Origin: Guillardia theta CCMP2712
Taxonomy: Eukaryota > Protista > Cryptophyta
Assembly: GCF_000315625.1 (NCBI RefSeq)
Contig: NW_005434391.1
Coordinates: 1 to 33,430 of the forward strand
Reading direction: 5' to 3'
Length of the DNA stretch: 33,430 nt
How positions within the stretch are numbered: the stretch's first letter is position 1; every line of letters begins with the position of its first letter. A program made the translations under genes and the position numbers. The notes under the pieces were generated by a model. The model was not told the DNA's origin. It saw only the letters and a program-made list of their open reading frames with translations, and ran no database searches. Shown piece by piece: positions 1 to 11,335 of the stretch.

Positions 1-38
1 ATGCACACTCTTTCTCTACACTCACTCCTCTTGTACGA

Positions 39-83
<45 letters not shown>

Positions 84-3000
84 CCGTGGCAGTATCTACT
101 TTCTTCCCTGGTCTCCCCTTGCTCGCCTCGCTACTCCACTTCCTCCTCCTCTCACCTCAGGGTTCTTGAATCCCAGGAAGAACAGCGGGTGCTTGGGGAT
201 GCCATGCCCGGAGTCAAGCACCTGAGAGGTGGCGCGAGATGAGAAGCGGCCAACGGGGAGTGGAGAGGAAGGAGAACGTGGAGGCGAGAAGTTGAGAACA
301 TTGACAACAAGCAGACAAGTCGTCTTGTTGTCGTCGGTAGCAGACAGAAGGCGAGGATGGCGATCGTGCCGTCGAAATCATGATGATGAGAAGAACAGGA
401 TGGCAAGATGGAACGAAAACAACAAACATGAAGAAAGACGATTTTGTTGTTGATGGGGATGATGTGGACGGACGACGACAAGGTGATGGCAATGACTTCA
501 CCACGTCGATCACGTGAAATAAGGATGGCAACAGAACGAATGGCAGATATCACGATCATGACATCAACAAGCAGAGAGAAACAACGAAGATGTTATGGAG
601 TTGGACGCAATCGAGAGTGAGAGGAAACAAGAAACTTTCGAGACCTGGTCGAGGTAGTAGGTGAAGATCAGGAAAACAACCCACTCCACGGCGAGGATGA
701 TCAAGACAGCCGGCATGCCGCACCTGAGAGACAAGTCAGAGGAGACAGAGAGAGAAAGTGAAGAACAACTATCCAGTGAGATCAAACAAGATAGCCTTCT
801 TCATCGACTCCTCCACATCATCATCGTCATCGTCATCATCATCATCACCATGATCATGATCATCATCATCGTCATCTCCTCCTCCTCCTCCTCCCCTACC
901 TTGGATCATTCGCCATCTTAGCCCACGTCAGCCCCGTCCCTCCGCTCCTCGACGCCGCGTACGCGTACTCGTAGTACTCCGACAGCCCCCGGTAGAAGTT
1001 CCAGAGGGGGAAGATGGTGATGAACGTCCGTAGCGAGTCCGCCACCGTAAGGGAGTTGAAGAAGTTTCCGAAACCCCAGCAGAGCCAGGCGATGAGGGAG
1101 AAGCCCAGGACGAAGAGGGTCGCGCAAATGGAGGAGGTGCGAGCCGAGCGGAGGACTGTCGTCCAGAGGAAGGCGTGCGCGATGGTGTGGTGGATGAAGA
1201 GGAAGAAGAAGACAAAGTGAACGCTCGGCTCCTGCTTGGTGAAGAGGCCGATCCTGTAGCCCGAGGGCAGTTGAGCGAGGGAGGCGATGAGTAGCATGAG
1301 GAAGCAGAAGAGAACGTAGATCAGGAACCAAAAGATGTAGTTGATCACCCAGTATGGCCCGTTCTCTAAGCCCATCATCCTCATTATCACCTGGCAGAAA
1401 AAGTGAGCTAAGGAGGACATGGGAAACTCAAGAGAGGGCTGCACAGGTTCCAGAGATATCATCATCATCTTCACAATCATCATCATCATCATCATAGACA
1501 ACAACAAATCATCATCATCATCATCGTCAACAAGAACCACAACAACATCCTTTCCATCTCATCTCACCCGCAGCTTCATCTCCTTCTCATACACGATCGA
1601 AACCACGATGGTCGGGAACAGCAACGAGAACGCGAGGGTGAAGAAGAAGGGACCCAGCGAGGAGGCGAGGTCAAGGTTCAGCTTCCATGCTGACTGCGGC
1701 ATCTCCTTCACTCCCATCGAACTCCCCGCGTACTGCATCCCCTCCGGCTTCAACTTTGCATTCAGAAACGCGTCGATGGCAGCGCTGACCGACGCCAGGA
1801 TGCGCACCAGGTTCTTAGGACCTCCGCCCCCGGAGCTGGAGGGGAAGGTGGTGTCGTTGTACTGGATCGAGATGTTCAGCAGCTGCTCGTCGGAGTTCCG
1901 GAAGTCGAACGCGCTGATGTACTCCGTGATCGTCTGCTGCTTGGAGGAGAAGCGGTCGAAGAACCCGTTGTACAGCTGGGAGTTGAGCTGGGAGAGGCTC
2001 GCGACCTTGCTGGGCCTTGATGAGATGCACTCGGTCTTGATCCCGCTCATGTTCGCCACCTGGAAGAAGAAGCAGTACCTGGAGGAGGAGGCCGAGCAGT
2101 CGTCGGCGAGCATGTTCAGCAGCCCGCTCGACGTCCCGTTCTTCTCCCAGCAGTTCTGGGTGCACTTGTTGACAACCGGTTTCCAGCTCGCCTTCTGCTC
2201 GGCAGTGAGCACGTGCTGCTGGTTCCACCAGAACTTGGGGTTCGAGCCCAGAGCGTTCTCGATGAAGAAGCTTGTGTCCGGCCATATGGGCGTCGCCCAT
2301 CGCATGCTGGGGTTGTTGAAGAAGCCGATGGGAGAGTCAGGGCGGCAAGTTTGCGGGTCGGAGCAGGTGGTGGAGGCCGGAAGGTCCATCAGGATGCCCC
2401 CCAGGTTGATGTTTGCGGGAAGGAGGAGAGCTGGGATTACAAGCTTGACCAGCTGGAGACCAACACAGAGGCAGGGGATATCGTTGAGCAGGGCAAGGCT
2501 GCGGTGGATGTCAGCTTGGGAGGAAAGGAGAGAAGATGCGAGGAGAGAAGATGAGAGGAGAGAAGATGAGAGGAGAGGAGAGGAGAGGGGAGGAGAGGAA
2601 AGGAGAGGAGAGGAGAGGGGAGGGGGAGGGGAGGAGAGGAGAGGAGAGGAGAGGAGAGGAGAGGAGAGGAGAGGAGAGGAGAGGAGAGGAGAGGAGAGGA
2701 AAAACTTCAAGAGGAGGCAAGTGCAGTGGGGGGGTCAACTGAGGTCCAAGGAAGAATCTATTGCGATCTCATCTCCTCACCTCCCGAGCCCCAAGTTCTT
2801 CTCAGTCTTGAGCATCGACATCAGGGGCTGAGTGTAGAAGTCGCACTGCTGTGCCCACCGACTGCAACAAGTCAGAGTGCCGGCATCGACCTCACAGGAC
2901 CGCTGACGACATGGGAAGAGGAAGGAAAGTAGAGAGTGGAGAAGTAGTGGAAGTAGAGAAGTCGAGAGGAGGGGGAGGAGAGGAGGGGAGCGCAGGAAGG

Positions 3001-4163
3001 GAAGAAGTACTGACAAGACTGGAGCAGAGCAGCGCAGCAATACGGAGAAGGAAGGGGAAGGGGAAGGAGAAGGCGGACGAGGAGGAGAACGAGGAGGAGT
3101 ACTGTAGCTCACCCTTCCACGTCTGAGTAGTATTCCACGTTGTTGACCTTCACAGGGAACGAGGTGATCGAGGGGTACAAGCTCCCGCCCATCCCCGTCA
3201 GCTTCGCCATCACTGCCAGCCCGGCGTCCACCGACACGCACGTGTCGGCCTGCCTCAGCTTCGCCAGCTCTGCCCCCAGCTGTCTCCCCACCTCCTCCCC
3301 AGCAGGAATCGGCCTCGCACAGCGGAACCCGGTCATGCCCTGACTGAGCAAGAGGATGTACTGCGAGAGGGGCCCCATGAGCTTCCCGACAGAGTCCGAG
3401 CTGAGGGCCAGCAGGAACGAGGCCTTGCCCTTGCCATCGGCGAAGATGGCACCCTGCTGCTTCCAGAGCTGGCGGATGTCGGCGATGGCCTGCGAGGAGG
3501 TCTTGCCCTCGGACATGAGGGTGCTGAGGGAGGAGTTGAAGGAGGCGTCCGTGTGGTTCACATTGTCGCTCCAGTAGTTGACACCGAACCGCAAACTGCC
3601 CGAGATGTCAGCCGGGGTGGTAAAGTCGAGGCAGCAGGGCTCGTCGGTGCCCTGGGCCTGCTGGACTATGCGGCAGAGCGCGCTCCTCTGTTGGGGAGAG
3701 AGGTCGTCGAAGGAGCAGCCGACCTTGAGCGGCGGCTTGCCCATGAGGAAGAGGGAGAACATGAGGCTGCTGGTGAGGCTCTCGATGGAGCTCATGTAGG
3801 CGCTAGTGTCCTCTTCCTTGGGGATCAGCTTGCTCGCGACCTTGCTAGCAAAGTCGGTCGTCCCCGTGTACAGGATCGGGTTCTTGGACCGAAACACGTC
3901 GGGGGTGCTGTATCCCAAGTTGGGCTGCTTGATGCCAATGTCGACTGGGCAGAAGGCAAACTGAGTGTTCTCAGCGTACTGGGGGAGGAAACATGTCGGG
4001 TCTCCCTTGCCCGGACAAGTCTTGCTCACTGCGACGCACTGTGCATTGACGTCGACACCGAACTTCTTGATGTAGTCCTGGAGAACACATCAGCTGCGAA
4101 GTTATCATTTTCATCATCATCTCCATCATCATTACTTGTTATCTCTATCATCATCATCATCAC

Positions 4164-4225
<62 letters not shown>

Positions 4226-7200
4226 CAATCAGAAGCAGCAAGATCATCTCAATGATCATTCATCAACACTTCTACGTCTCACGTTCTTAGATGATGCAGG
4301 GAAGAAATAATCAGCACAGTTCTTGCCGTTACCTGCCAGACAAAGTCAACGACCTCACGCCTCCTCCCCCTCCTCCCTCTTCCTCCTCGTCCTCGTCCTT
4401 GTCCTCGTCCTAGTCCTCCCTCCCACTCCTCCTCCTCTCACAATAAGATTTCCCAAAGGAATCGTCGGAAGGGCCGCAGTACGGGCACCGCACCGTCGGC
4501 TGACCGAGGAACACGATCTCCAGGAGGAGCTGGAGGAGGAGGATGATGGCGATGAAGAAGATAGGTACAAGCAGAAGGCAGCAGTTAGTCACCCACTTCC
4601 TGCTCTGCAGCGACAAGTTCTTCTTGAACAGAGCGTTGGCCTGCTGCGCGAAGGGAGTCTGGAGCTTCTCAACCCTCTCCTGGAGTTCCTCCTCTGTCAG
4701 CTTCACCAGCGCAGTCTCCGAGGAAGTGGACGTGAGCCCGGGCGCTGTATCCACCATCACCTGAGCCTGGAACGTGCTGCCAGGAGCTGCTCCCTCCGGT
4801 ACCGTCACGTTGAAGGCCTGTCCCTCAACTTGCACCTCCACCTGCTCTCCTCCTCGCACGCCCTCGGGTACTGTGACCATGATGGACTTGCTCTGCCCTC
4901 CCTTCTCCTCCGTGTCGACCGCGATCAAGTTCCCGTCCTCGTCCGTCCCCCACTTGACCTTGAAGGTGACCCCGGCCGGCGACACCAGCTCGTCCTCATT
5001 GCCCAGCAGGACTCCAACTACCTCCCCTGTCTTGAGGGTCACGTTGGCGGTTCTGTTCATCGACAGCGCCTCCTCCTTCTCGCTCTGCTTCGCGATGTTC
5101 AGGAACACATCCTCTAGAGTCGACATGCTCAGCTGCACGTCCACGATGCAGAGAGACTCTCTGCTGGACTCTAGCTGCTCGAAGAAGCTCTGCAAGGTGG
5201 CATCGTCGGTGTTGGGGACGTTGAAGTGCATATAAGTCTTGGACTCCTCCACCACCTCCACCTTGAACGTCTTCCTGAACATCTCCTTGATCTTAATGCA
5301 GTGCGGGAGGGACTTTGTCATGTTGTCCCCGCAGCTGACGCTGATCCGGTACCCTCCTCCGAAGCGAGACTTGAGTCGCACGCTGCTCCCGATGCACCTG
5401 CCTCAGCCCTCAGGCTACGCCAGCACACGCTTCCTCTCTCACCTCAGTCGACCCTTGGCCATGATGCCGATGCGATCGCCGAGGATGTCCGCCTCCTCCA
5501 TGCTGTGCGTGGTGAGGACGACGCACCTGTCCTGCTTGGCCGCCTCGATCACGTCCCAGACGTGACGTCGGTTGATGGGGTCCATGCCGGTCGTCGGCTC
5601 GTCCAGGTAGACGACGCTGGGATTGCCGATGAGGGAGACGGCGACGGACAGGCGTCGCTTCATCCCTCCTGAGAACGACCCGGCGATCTGATTGGCGGCG
5701 TCGTTGAGCCGAACCTCCTCGATCCGCTTGTCGGCCTCGTGGTACACGGAGTCCGGCTTGATCCCCTTGATGATCGCGAAGATGATCAGGTGCTCCCGAG
5801 CCGTCAGCCTCTCCCACAAGATGTCAAACTGCGGGCAGATACCAATGACGCGCTTGACTCGGTTCATGCCGCTGGGATGGGCGACTGTGTTTCCAAACAC
5901 CAGGGCGTTTCCAGCCGTCGGGGGGAGGAAGCCTGTGAGCATGTTGATAGTCGTAGTCTTCCCAGCTCCGTTGGGCCCCAGCAGGGCGAAGAGCTGGTTC
6001 TTGGCGACCGCAAACCAGGGGGCTTTGACGGCATGGAACGGCTTCCCTCCTCGCTTGAAAGTCTGCTTCAGCCCTCGGATCTCGATCGCCGCCTCCTCCT
6101 TCATCTCTTCGTTTGCCCTCGCCTTCACGCTCGCTTCCTCCGCCAGCACGTCCTCGTCAGTGCTCTCCTCGATCACAAACGTGGGGTCGTCATGGATGTG
6201 TGCTTCTGTGAAGCCCCAGTACGCAGGCGTCAGGAAGTACCAGGGCGCTTTCTTCACGCCCATGGCGTCAGGGAGAACGTTCTCGAGGTAGAGGCCGACG
6301 AGCGAGTACAGCACGTAAAGGCCGATGTACCAGCTCCAGGAGGTGCCGACGGAGTAAGAAGGGTTACACTGGTTGGGGTTGATGGTGCAGTAGGAGTAGG
6401 CCTCGCTGAAGCGGATCCCGAGGTCCTTGTCCGTCGCCGTTAGTGCCCCGAGGTCTGCCAGGTTCTTGACGAAGAGGGAGGGGGGGAAGAAGGAGAACAG
6501 AGGCTCTGCCGCCCGGTCCCCTCCGCTCGACTTGACTGTATAGGCTCCTTGGGTGATGTTGTACTGGTAGGAGAAGGGAGCTTGCCCCTTGTACAGCCCG
6601 TAAGGGAAGCCGAAGACGACGACGAAGTAGAAGATGAAGGCTATCAGGAAGACAGCAAACCCCACAGTGACAGCCTGCGCAGCTCGTCGGAGGAAAGAGC
6701 CGAGGAGGAAGGCCAGGCCGATCATGGACTGGCCGAACATCCAGAAGGTGATGAGGAGAATCCCAAAGTCGTTCTTGAGGAACAGGCGAAACTGGAAGGC
6801 CATGCCGAACAGGACGAGGAGGAAGGAGTAGAGGAGCGCCATGAAGGACTGCAACGACAGGTGAAAGTCAGAGGATGGTGGGGAGGTGGTGGGGAGGAGC
6901 GCACAGACCTGGAACAAGTGCCAAGACATCCAGTAGGAGAAATCTTTCAGCCCCATTGCGGAGAGCACTTGCCGCAGCTTCAGCTCCTTCTCAGCCACGA
7001 TCTCGTTCATCTGGATGACAAAGGGGAACATGGAGCAGGCCAGGAGAAAGAGAGGAGCGATCTGACCCTCGAACGTCGACACGACGAAAGCGGGGTGAGC
7101 AAACTCTTGGATTGCGATCTGTACTTTGAAGTTTTCATCTTTCAAGAACACATTCTTGGCGATCTCTCTGTGCGCGACGAGCTGCATGGGAACCGTGTAC

Positions 7201-8257
7201 TCCATGTATGGACTCGTCCACTCTCCCCTTACCACGTCCGCTGACGTTCCGTTCTGCTGCACGAGCTGCGAAAATAGCCATGGATCAATATCGGTATTTA
7301 GCAGGGAGGGAGGAAAGGAGAGAGGGAGGGAGGAGGGAGGGAGGGAGGGAGGGAGGGGTAAGGAAGCCTACGCACAAAGGTGAAGGTGTTGTTGTTCGGC
7401 GAGTAGAAGACATAACTCCCCTGCACGTAGTTCATGTTCTTGAGGATGAATCTGGAAACCAGGTGAGTGACGGAGAGGGGTTCAGGCGTATAGTCACTCA
7501 CTTGTCCATCTCTGTCTCGTTCAGGAACCCAACGACCTGACAGCACTCTCAGCCAGATCTGCGAGAGGAAGACGCTCGGACCTTTTCGGGAAGGATCGGG
7601 TAGACGTCCTTGGAGGACACCGACGACCCGTTGTGCTTCATCAGCCCACGAACCACCTTGGTACCCATCAGCACAGCTCGACACCAGCTGAACAGACCTT
7701 GTGCACTCGGAACATCTCGCAGCATGTCTGACAACTCGGTACCTGGTGCCCCTGGTCAACGATACCGCAAACACGCTCGCGGGGTTCGAATCGATATCAC
7801 ATTGTCCGTCAGGCAGTTGGCTGACTGGCACGCAGGGCAGGCATCCTTCAAGCTGGTATACGGACAACCTTTAGCTCACCTGCTTCCCCTTCTCAGCCTC
7901 AGCTCACCTCTGCGGCAGATCGGTGAAGAAATCGCTGAAAGCGGCGTAATCCTTGGAAGGGTTGAACTCGTTGTTCGGGGCAGGGGCGTAACTGAAAGTC
8001 ACACAGCCCTTCTCGACCTTGGGGATGCAGTCAGGGATCCCATGCTTCTCGGTAGGAACAGGGTCGGGGACATCCTTGACCGAGGACTCCTGAGAGAAAC
8101 GGGCCTTGATCCCCTCATTACACAGGTAGATAAGGAGGATGAAGAAGAGGGACGCGAAGATCCTGAGGAAAGTGGAGGTGTAGTTCCTCTTGGCGAGCAC
8201 GAGGTTCTTGTAAGTGAGGGCAGAGATCTGCCTTGCGATGGTTACCAGACCGTCCAT
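1..8257 (-). CDS. ABCA: ABC transporter subfamily A (ABCA), full-size multi-exon gene; 3' end (expected NBD2) lies beyond the left window edge
   Basis: ATG at 8257 (MDGLVTIARQISALTYKNLVLAKRN...). NBD1 in 5443-6080 has Walker A GPNGAGKTT, CPQFDILW, signature FSGGMKRRLS, Walker B VVYLDEPTTGMDP and TTHSMEEAD. ABCA TMD motifs: EIVAEKELKLRQVLSAMGL and SIVYEKEMKLR|VIMRMMGL. GT-AG-bounded exons read by eye: 7908-8257, several small uncertain exons in 7376-7868, 6909-7265, 5443-6848, 4442-5397, 4283-4332, 3113-4077, ~2781-2902, 1568-~2452, 900-1390, 645-723, 156-221, and a probable polyQ exon at ~26-118. Confidence 0.93.
40..80. repeat. (CTG)n/(CAG)n microsatellite, probably polyQ in an ABCA linker exon
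   Basis: About 13 CTG units. The minus frame reads ...KKVDTATEEQQQQ...LVQE. Confidence 0.7.
2517..2700. repeat. (GAGAG)n pentanucleotide tract in an ABCA intron
   Basis: Visible gagag/gagga tandem repeats, which generate the spurious SSPLL and EERRG ORFs. Confidence 0.9.
4146..4225. repeat. (CAT)n intronic microsatellite (similar tracts at ~817-870 and ~1457-1525)
   Basis: Tandem cat units inside ABCA introns. Confidence 0.9.
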
Positions 8258-9164
8258 CGTTGCTTGGCGCCACAAAGCTTCAAAGTGACATGGGAATACT
8301 GAAAGCAATCCGTCACAAACTGGACGTTTGATCAAGAGCACATGCTAAAAGATTCTGCTCAAGTATGCGTGCCCACCCTCTTATCCCCTTCCTGTGATCT
8401 CCTTCATCCCTTGTTTGCATATTTTCCATTACATTTGACTGCTTCTATGATTGTCTTTCTCTTTGTTCGCAGACTATTCTTCAACACTCTTCGGCACAAG
8501 TTTGTTTTCGTTCCTCCTCATTTCACCCCGCAGGTCTGCACATCAAATCTCAGCTCTGGAATGCTTTCCTACATGGATAACCGTCCTCTTTTTCCCTCCT
8601 CCCTTCCCTCCTCCCTCTCCCCTCCCTCTCCCCTCCCCCTCCCCTCCCTCTCCCTTCCACCTCTCTCTCGCATCCCGTTCGATCTTTTATTATGGTTATA
8701 ATGTATAATTCAAGGGAGCTGATCTGGTACTGAAAAGGAGGGGTAGTAGACTACGTTATGAGGGGGTGGGGGTATATTGGTCAAGAAAAACAAAACTTTT
8801 TTTTTGAATTCCCCTCATACATCCCACCCCCTCACTAATACCACCCTACCCTACCTATCTAGATCCATTTGCGGTACAAAATGCCTTCATTTGACCCCTC
8901 CATGGCATTTCAACACCCCTGGTAACTACGTCGTATTTTAAAAAGTCGTCCTCGTACTGATTTTAAAAAGTCTGTGGTCAGTGGAGGAGCAAAGGAGAGG
9001 GGGAGTGAGGAGGGGTAGGTGGTCCTGATTTTAATGTGAAGAAGGGGGTGGGGTCATCCATAAAAGGATGCGGAGGAGATCCGCCCATATGAGGGTGGGG
9101 TTATTTTCATGCTCTCAAGGGGGGGTAGAGGTTGCCTTGTCATTCCCTGGAGGGGTTCTCCGCT

Positions 9165-9560
9165 CCCCGAGCTGGCCCCGGCGGGCCGGGCCGGGCCCCG
9201 GGCTCGGCCGGATCACTAATCATCGCGCGCCGGCCGGGCCCCGGGTACGCCGCCGCCGGCCGGGCCTTCCGAAAGTTCCCCAGACTGCGGGGGGGCGGCG
9301 CTCTCAGTCGCCGTACGGTCGAAAGTTCGACTGGACTTCCGAGTCCTGTTCCGAGTCACTTTCGTCAGCTCAACTTCAAGGCCTCCCTGGCCTCATTCCG
9401 AGTCGGCTTCCGATCGTTCGTCGGCGCCGGGGCACACTGCAGTGCCCAACGTCAACCGAGTCGGACTTCTTGACGTTGCAACGGTGACTCAAGCCTCCTC
9501 GACTCTCCTCATTTTCCTCGTAAAGGGCCGCGCCACTGCGAGTGACGAGTCCTGGCAACT
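9165..9560. other. GC-rich intergenic island with CCGG/GGCC palindromic runs and repeated GAGTC/GACTC words
   Basis: Contains gccgggccgggccccgggctcggccgg, ccggccgggcccgggtacg and cgagtc words (9352, 9399, 9457). No credible ORF. Confidence 0.55.
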
Positions 9561-9904
9561 TATGCTTGGCACCCGTGAACGGTGAGGGGAGTTCGGCGAG
9601 TAACTGGCCGGGCTGCCGCAAGTCACTGAGTTATGGCTCGAATTCTGCGGCTCCGGCGCACAGGACGTGAATCGCAACTTGGTTGACAAGTTAGTAACTA
9701 GCAGTGCCGTGCAGTGACTGGTAGTCGAACTGCAGGCGGCCGGGTGACTGCAGTGCAGTGGTGGTAGTCTGATCATCAAAGTCGTTGATCTCCGGGACAA
9801 TCTTCTGGTCAACTCAGTGCTTCTCCTTCCTCCCCTTTCTCTTCTCTACCTCCATGTGCTTCTCTTTCTGCTCCTCCTCCGTCGCCCAGGCTCCACCAAC
9901 ACCT

Positions 9905-11264
9905 TCATCGCTTCACAACGATGTCTACTATCAAGTGCTCCTCCTTCCTCCCCCTCCATCTTCCCTCGTTAACTCCAGGTGTACGCCAGGTCCCATTCCG
10001 TCCACAGCATGTAGCCGAAGAGTTGCGTCGTTGACTCGTCTCCGTAGCTGCGAGCACATACTTCAAACGCCGAGGAGGAGCAGGAGCAGGAGCAGGACGA
10101 GTAGCAGGGGAAGGAGGAGGAAGAGGAGGAGAAAGAGAAGGAGGAGAAAGAGGAGGAGGAGGAGGAGGAGGAGGAGGAGGTAGTGGTGGTGGAGGGTATA
10201 AGTCACCTCTCGACGCAGCTGCGTAGAAAGGTTTCCAGTTGCTTCTGCAATCAAGAAGAATCAGAGGAGGAGGAGGGGAGTTCGAGGTGTTCATAAGGAA
10301 ATTATGGAGGAAGGGGAAAGTGGTGGTGGAGGAGGCGGAGAAGTTGGATGGTGGACGAAGTAGCGGCAAGGAGAGAAGGAGGAGGAGGAGGAGGAGAAGG
10401 AGGAGAAGGAGAAGGAGAAGGAGGAGAAGGAGGAGAAGGAGAAGGAGAAGGAGAAGGAGGAGGAGAAGGAGAAGGAGGAAGGGGAGGAAGTGTGGAAGAG
10501 GTAAGGAAAGAGGAGGGGGGGAGGGATTTTACCTTGTTAGTGCAGNNNNNNNNNNNNNNNNNNNNNNNNNNNNNNNNNNNNNNNNNNNNNNNNNNNNNNN
10601 NNNNNNNNNNNNNNNNNNNNNNNNNNNNNNNNNNNNNNNNNNNNNTCATCAAACTCGACGAACGTGTTCCTCCCGAGAGTTAAAAATTTCCAAAGCGTCC
10701 TCCGCCAGTGGGTATGACTTCCCATGAGGAGGAGGGAGGAGGATGTAGAAAATAGGACGAAAGGAGGGGGGTGGGGGGGAAGGGAGGAAGGAGAGAGGGG
10801 ATAGGAGGAGGTGGGAGGTAGCAGGTAGGAGGAGGAGGGAGGGATGGGGTAGGAGGGAATGAGGTAGGGAGGAAGAGGGAGGAAGGAGGAGGGAGGAAAA
10901 CAAGAGAGGAGGAGCCGAGCATAGTTGCAAAAGGGACGTGAACAGGAAGAGGGCGATTGAGCTCGAGCAATGGAGCAGGGGACGGGAGCACGAGGGTCAG
11001 TAGAGATCATGAGATTGGAGGGAAAAGAGGAGGAAACCGGTGGGTTTTTCTCATAGATGTTCAACTCCAACTGCTCAAAGTCAGGAGGAGAGGGTAATGG
11101 ATGCAACTAAAACTTCACCTTGTCGAGGACTTCGGCGAGCATGGAGCTGTTAGTGGGCCGGGCAGGCAGGGGCTTCCTGCAATCGAAGGGGAAGCAGTCA
11201 GGTGAACAAGAGACAGAAAGACAGGAGGAGGGCATGCATAACGATAGAAGTCGAGAGCGAGGGA

Positions 11265-11335
<71 letters not shown>

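Noticed and set aside
1419-7244. Long plus-strand ORFs antisense to ABCA (e.g. 1419-2831, 4323-5117, 5739-6443, 6549-7244)
   Set aside because: Shadow ORFs expected from GC3-rich codon usage on the opposite strand. No recognisable motifs.
8935-8975. Short direct repeat ATTTTAAAAAGTC x2
   Set aside because: Too short and AT-rich to interpret without genome-wide context.
9068-9812. Arg/Pro/Gly-rich ORFs in the GC islands (also 16942-17431)
   Set aside because: Explained by base composition. No splice or domain support.
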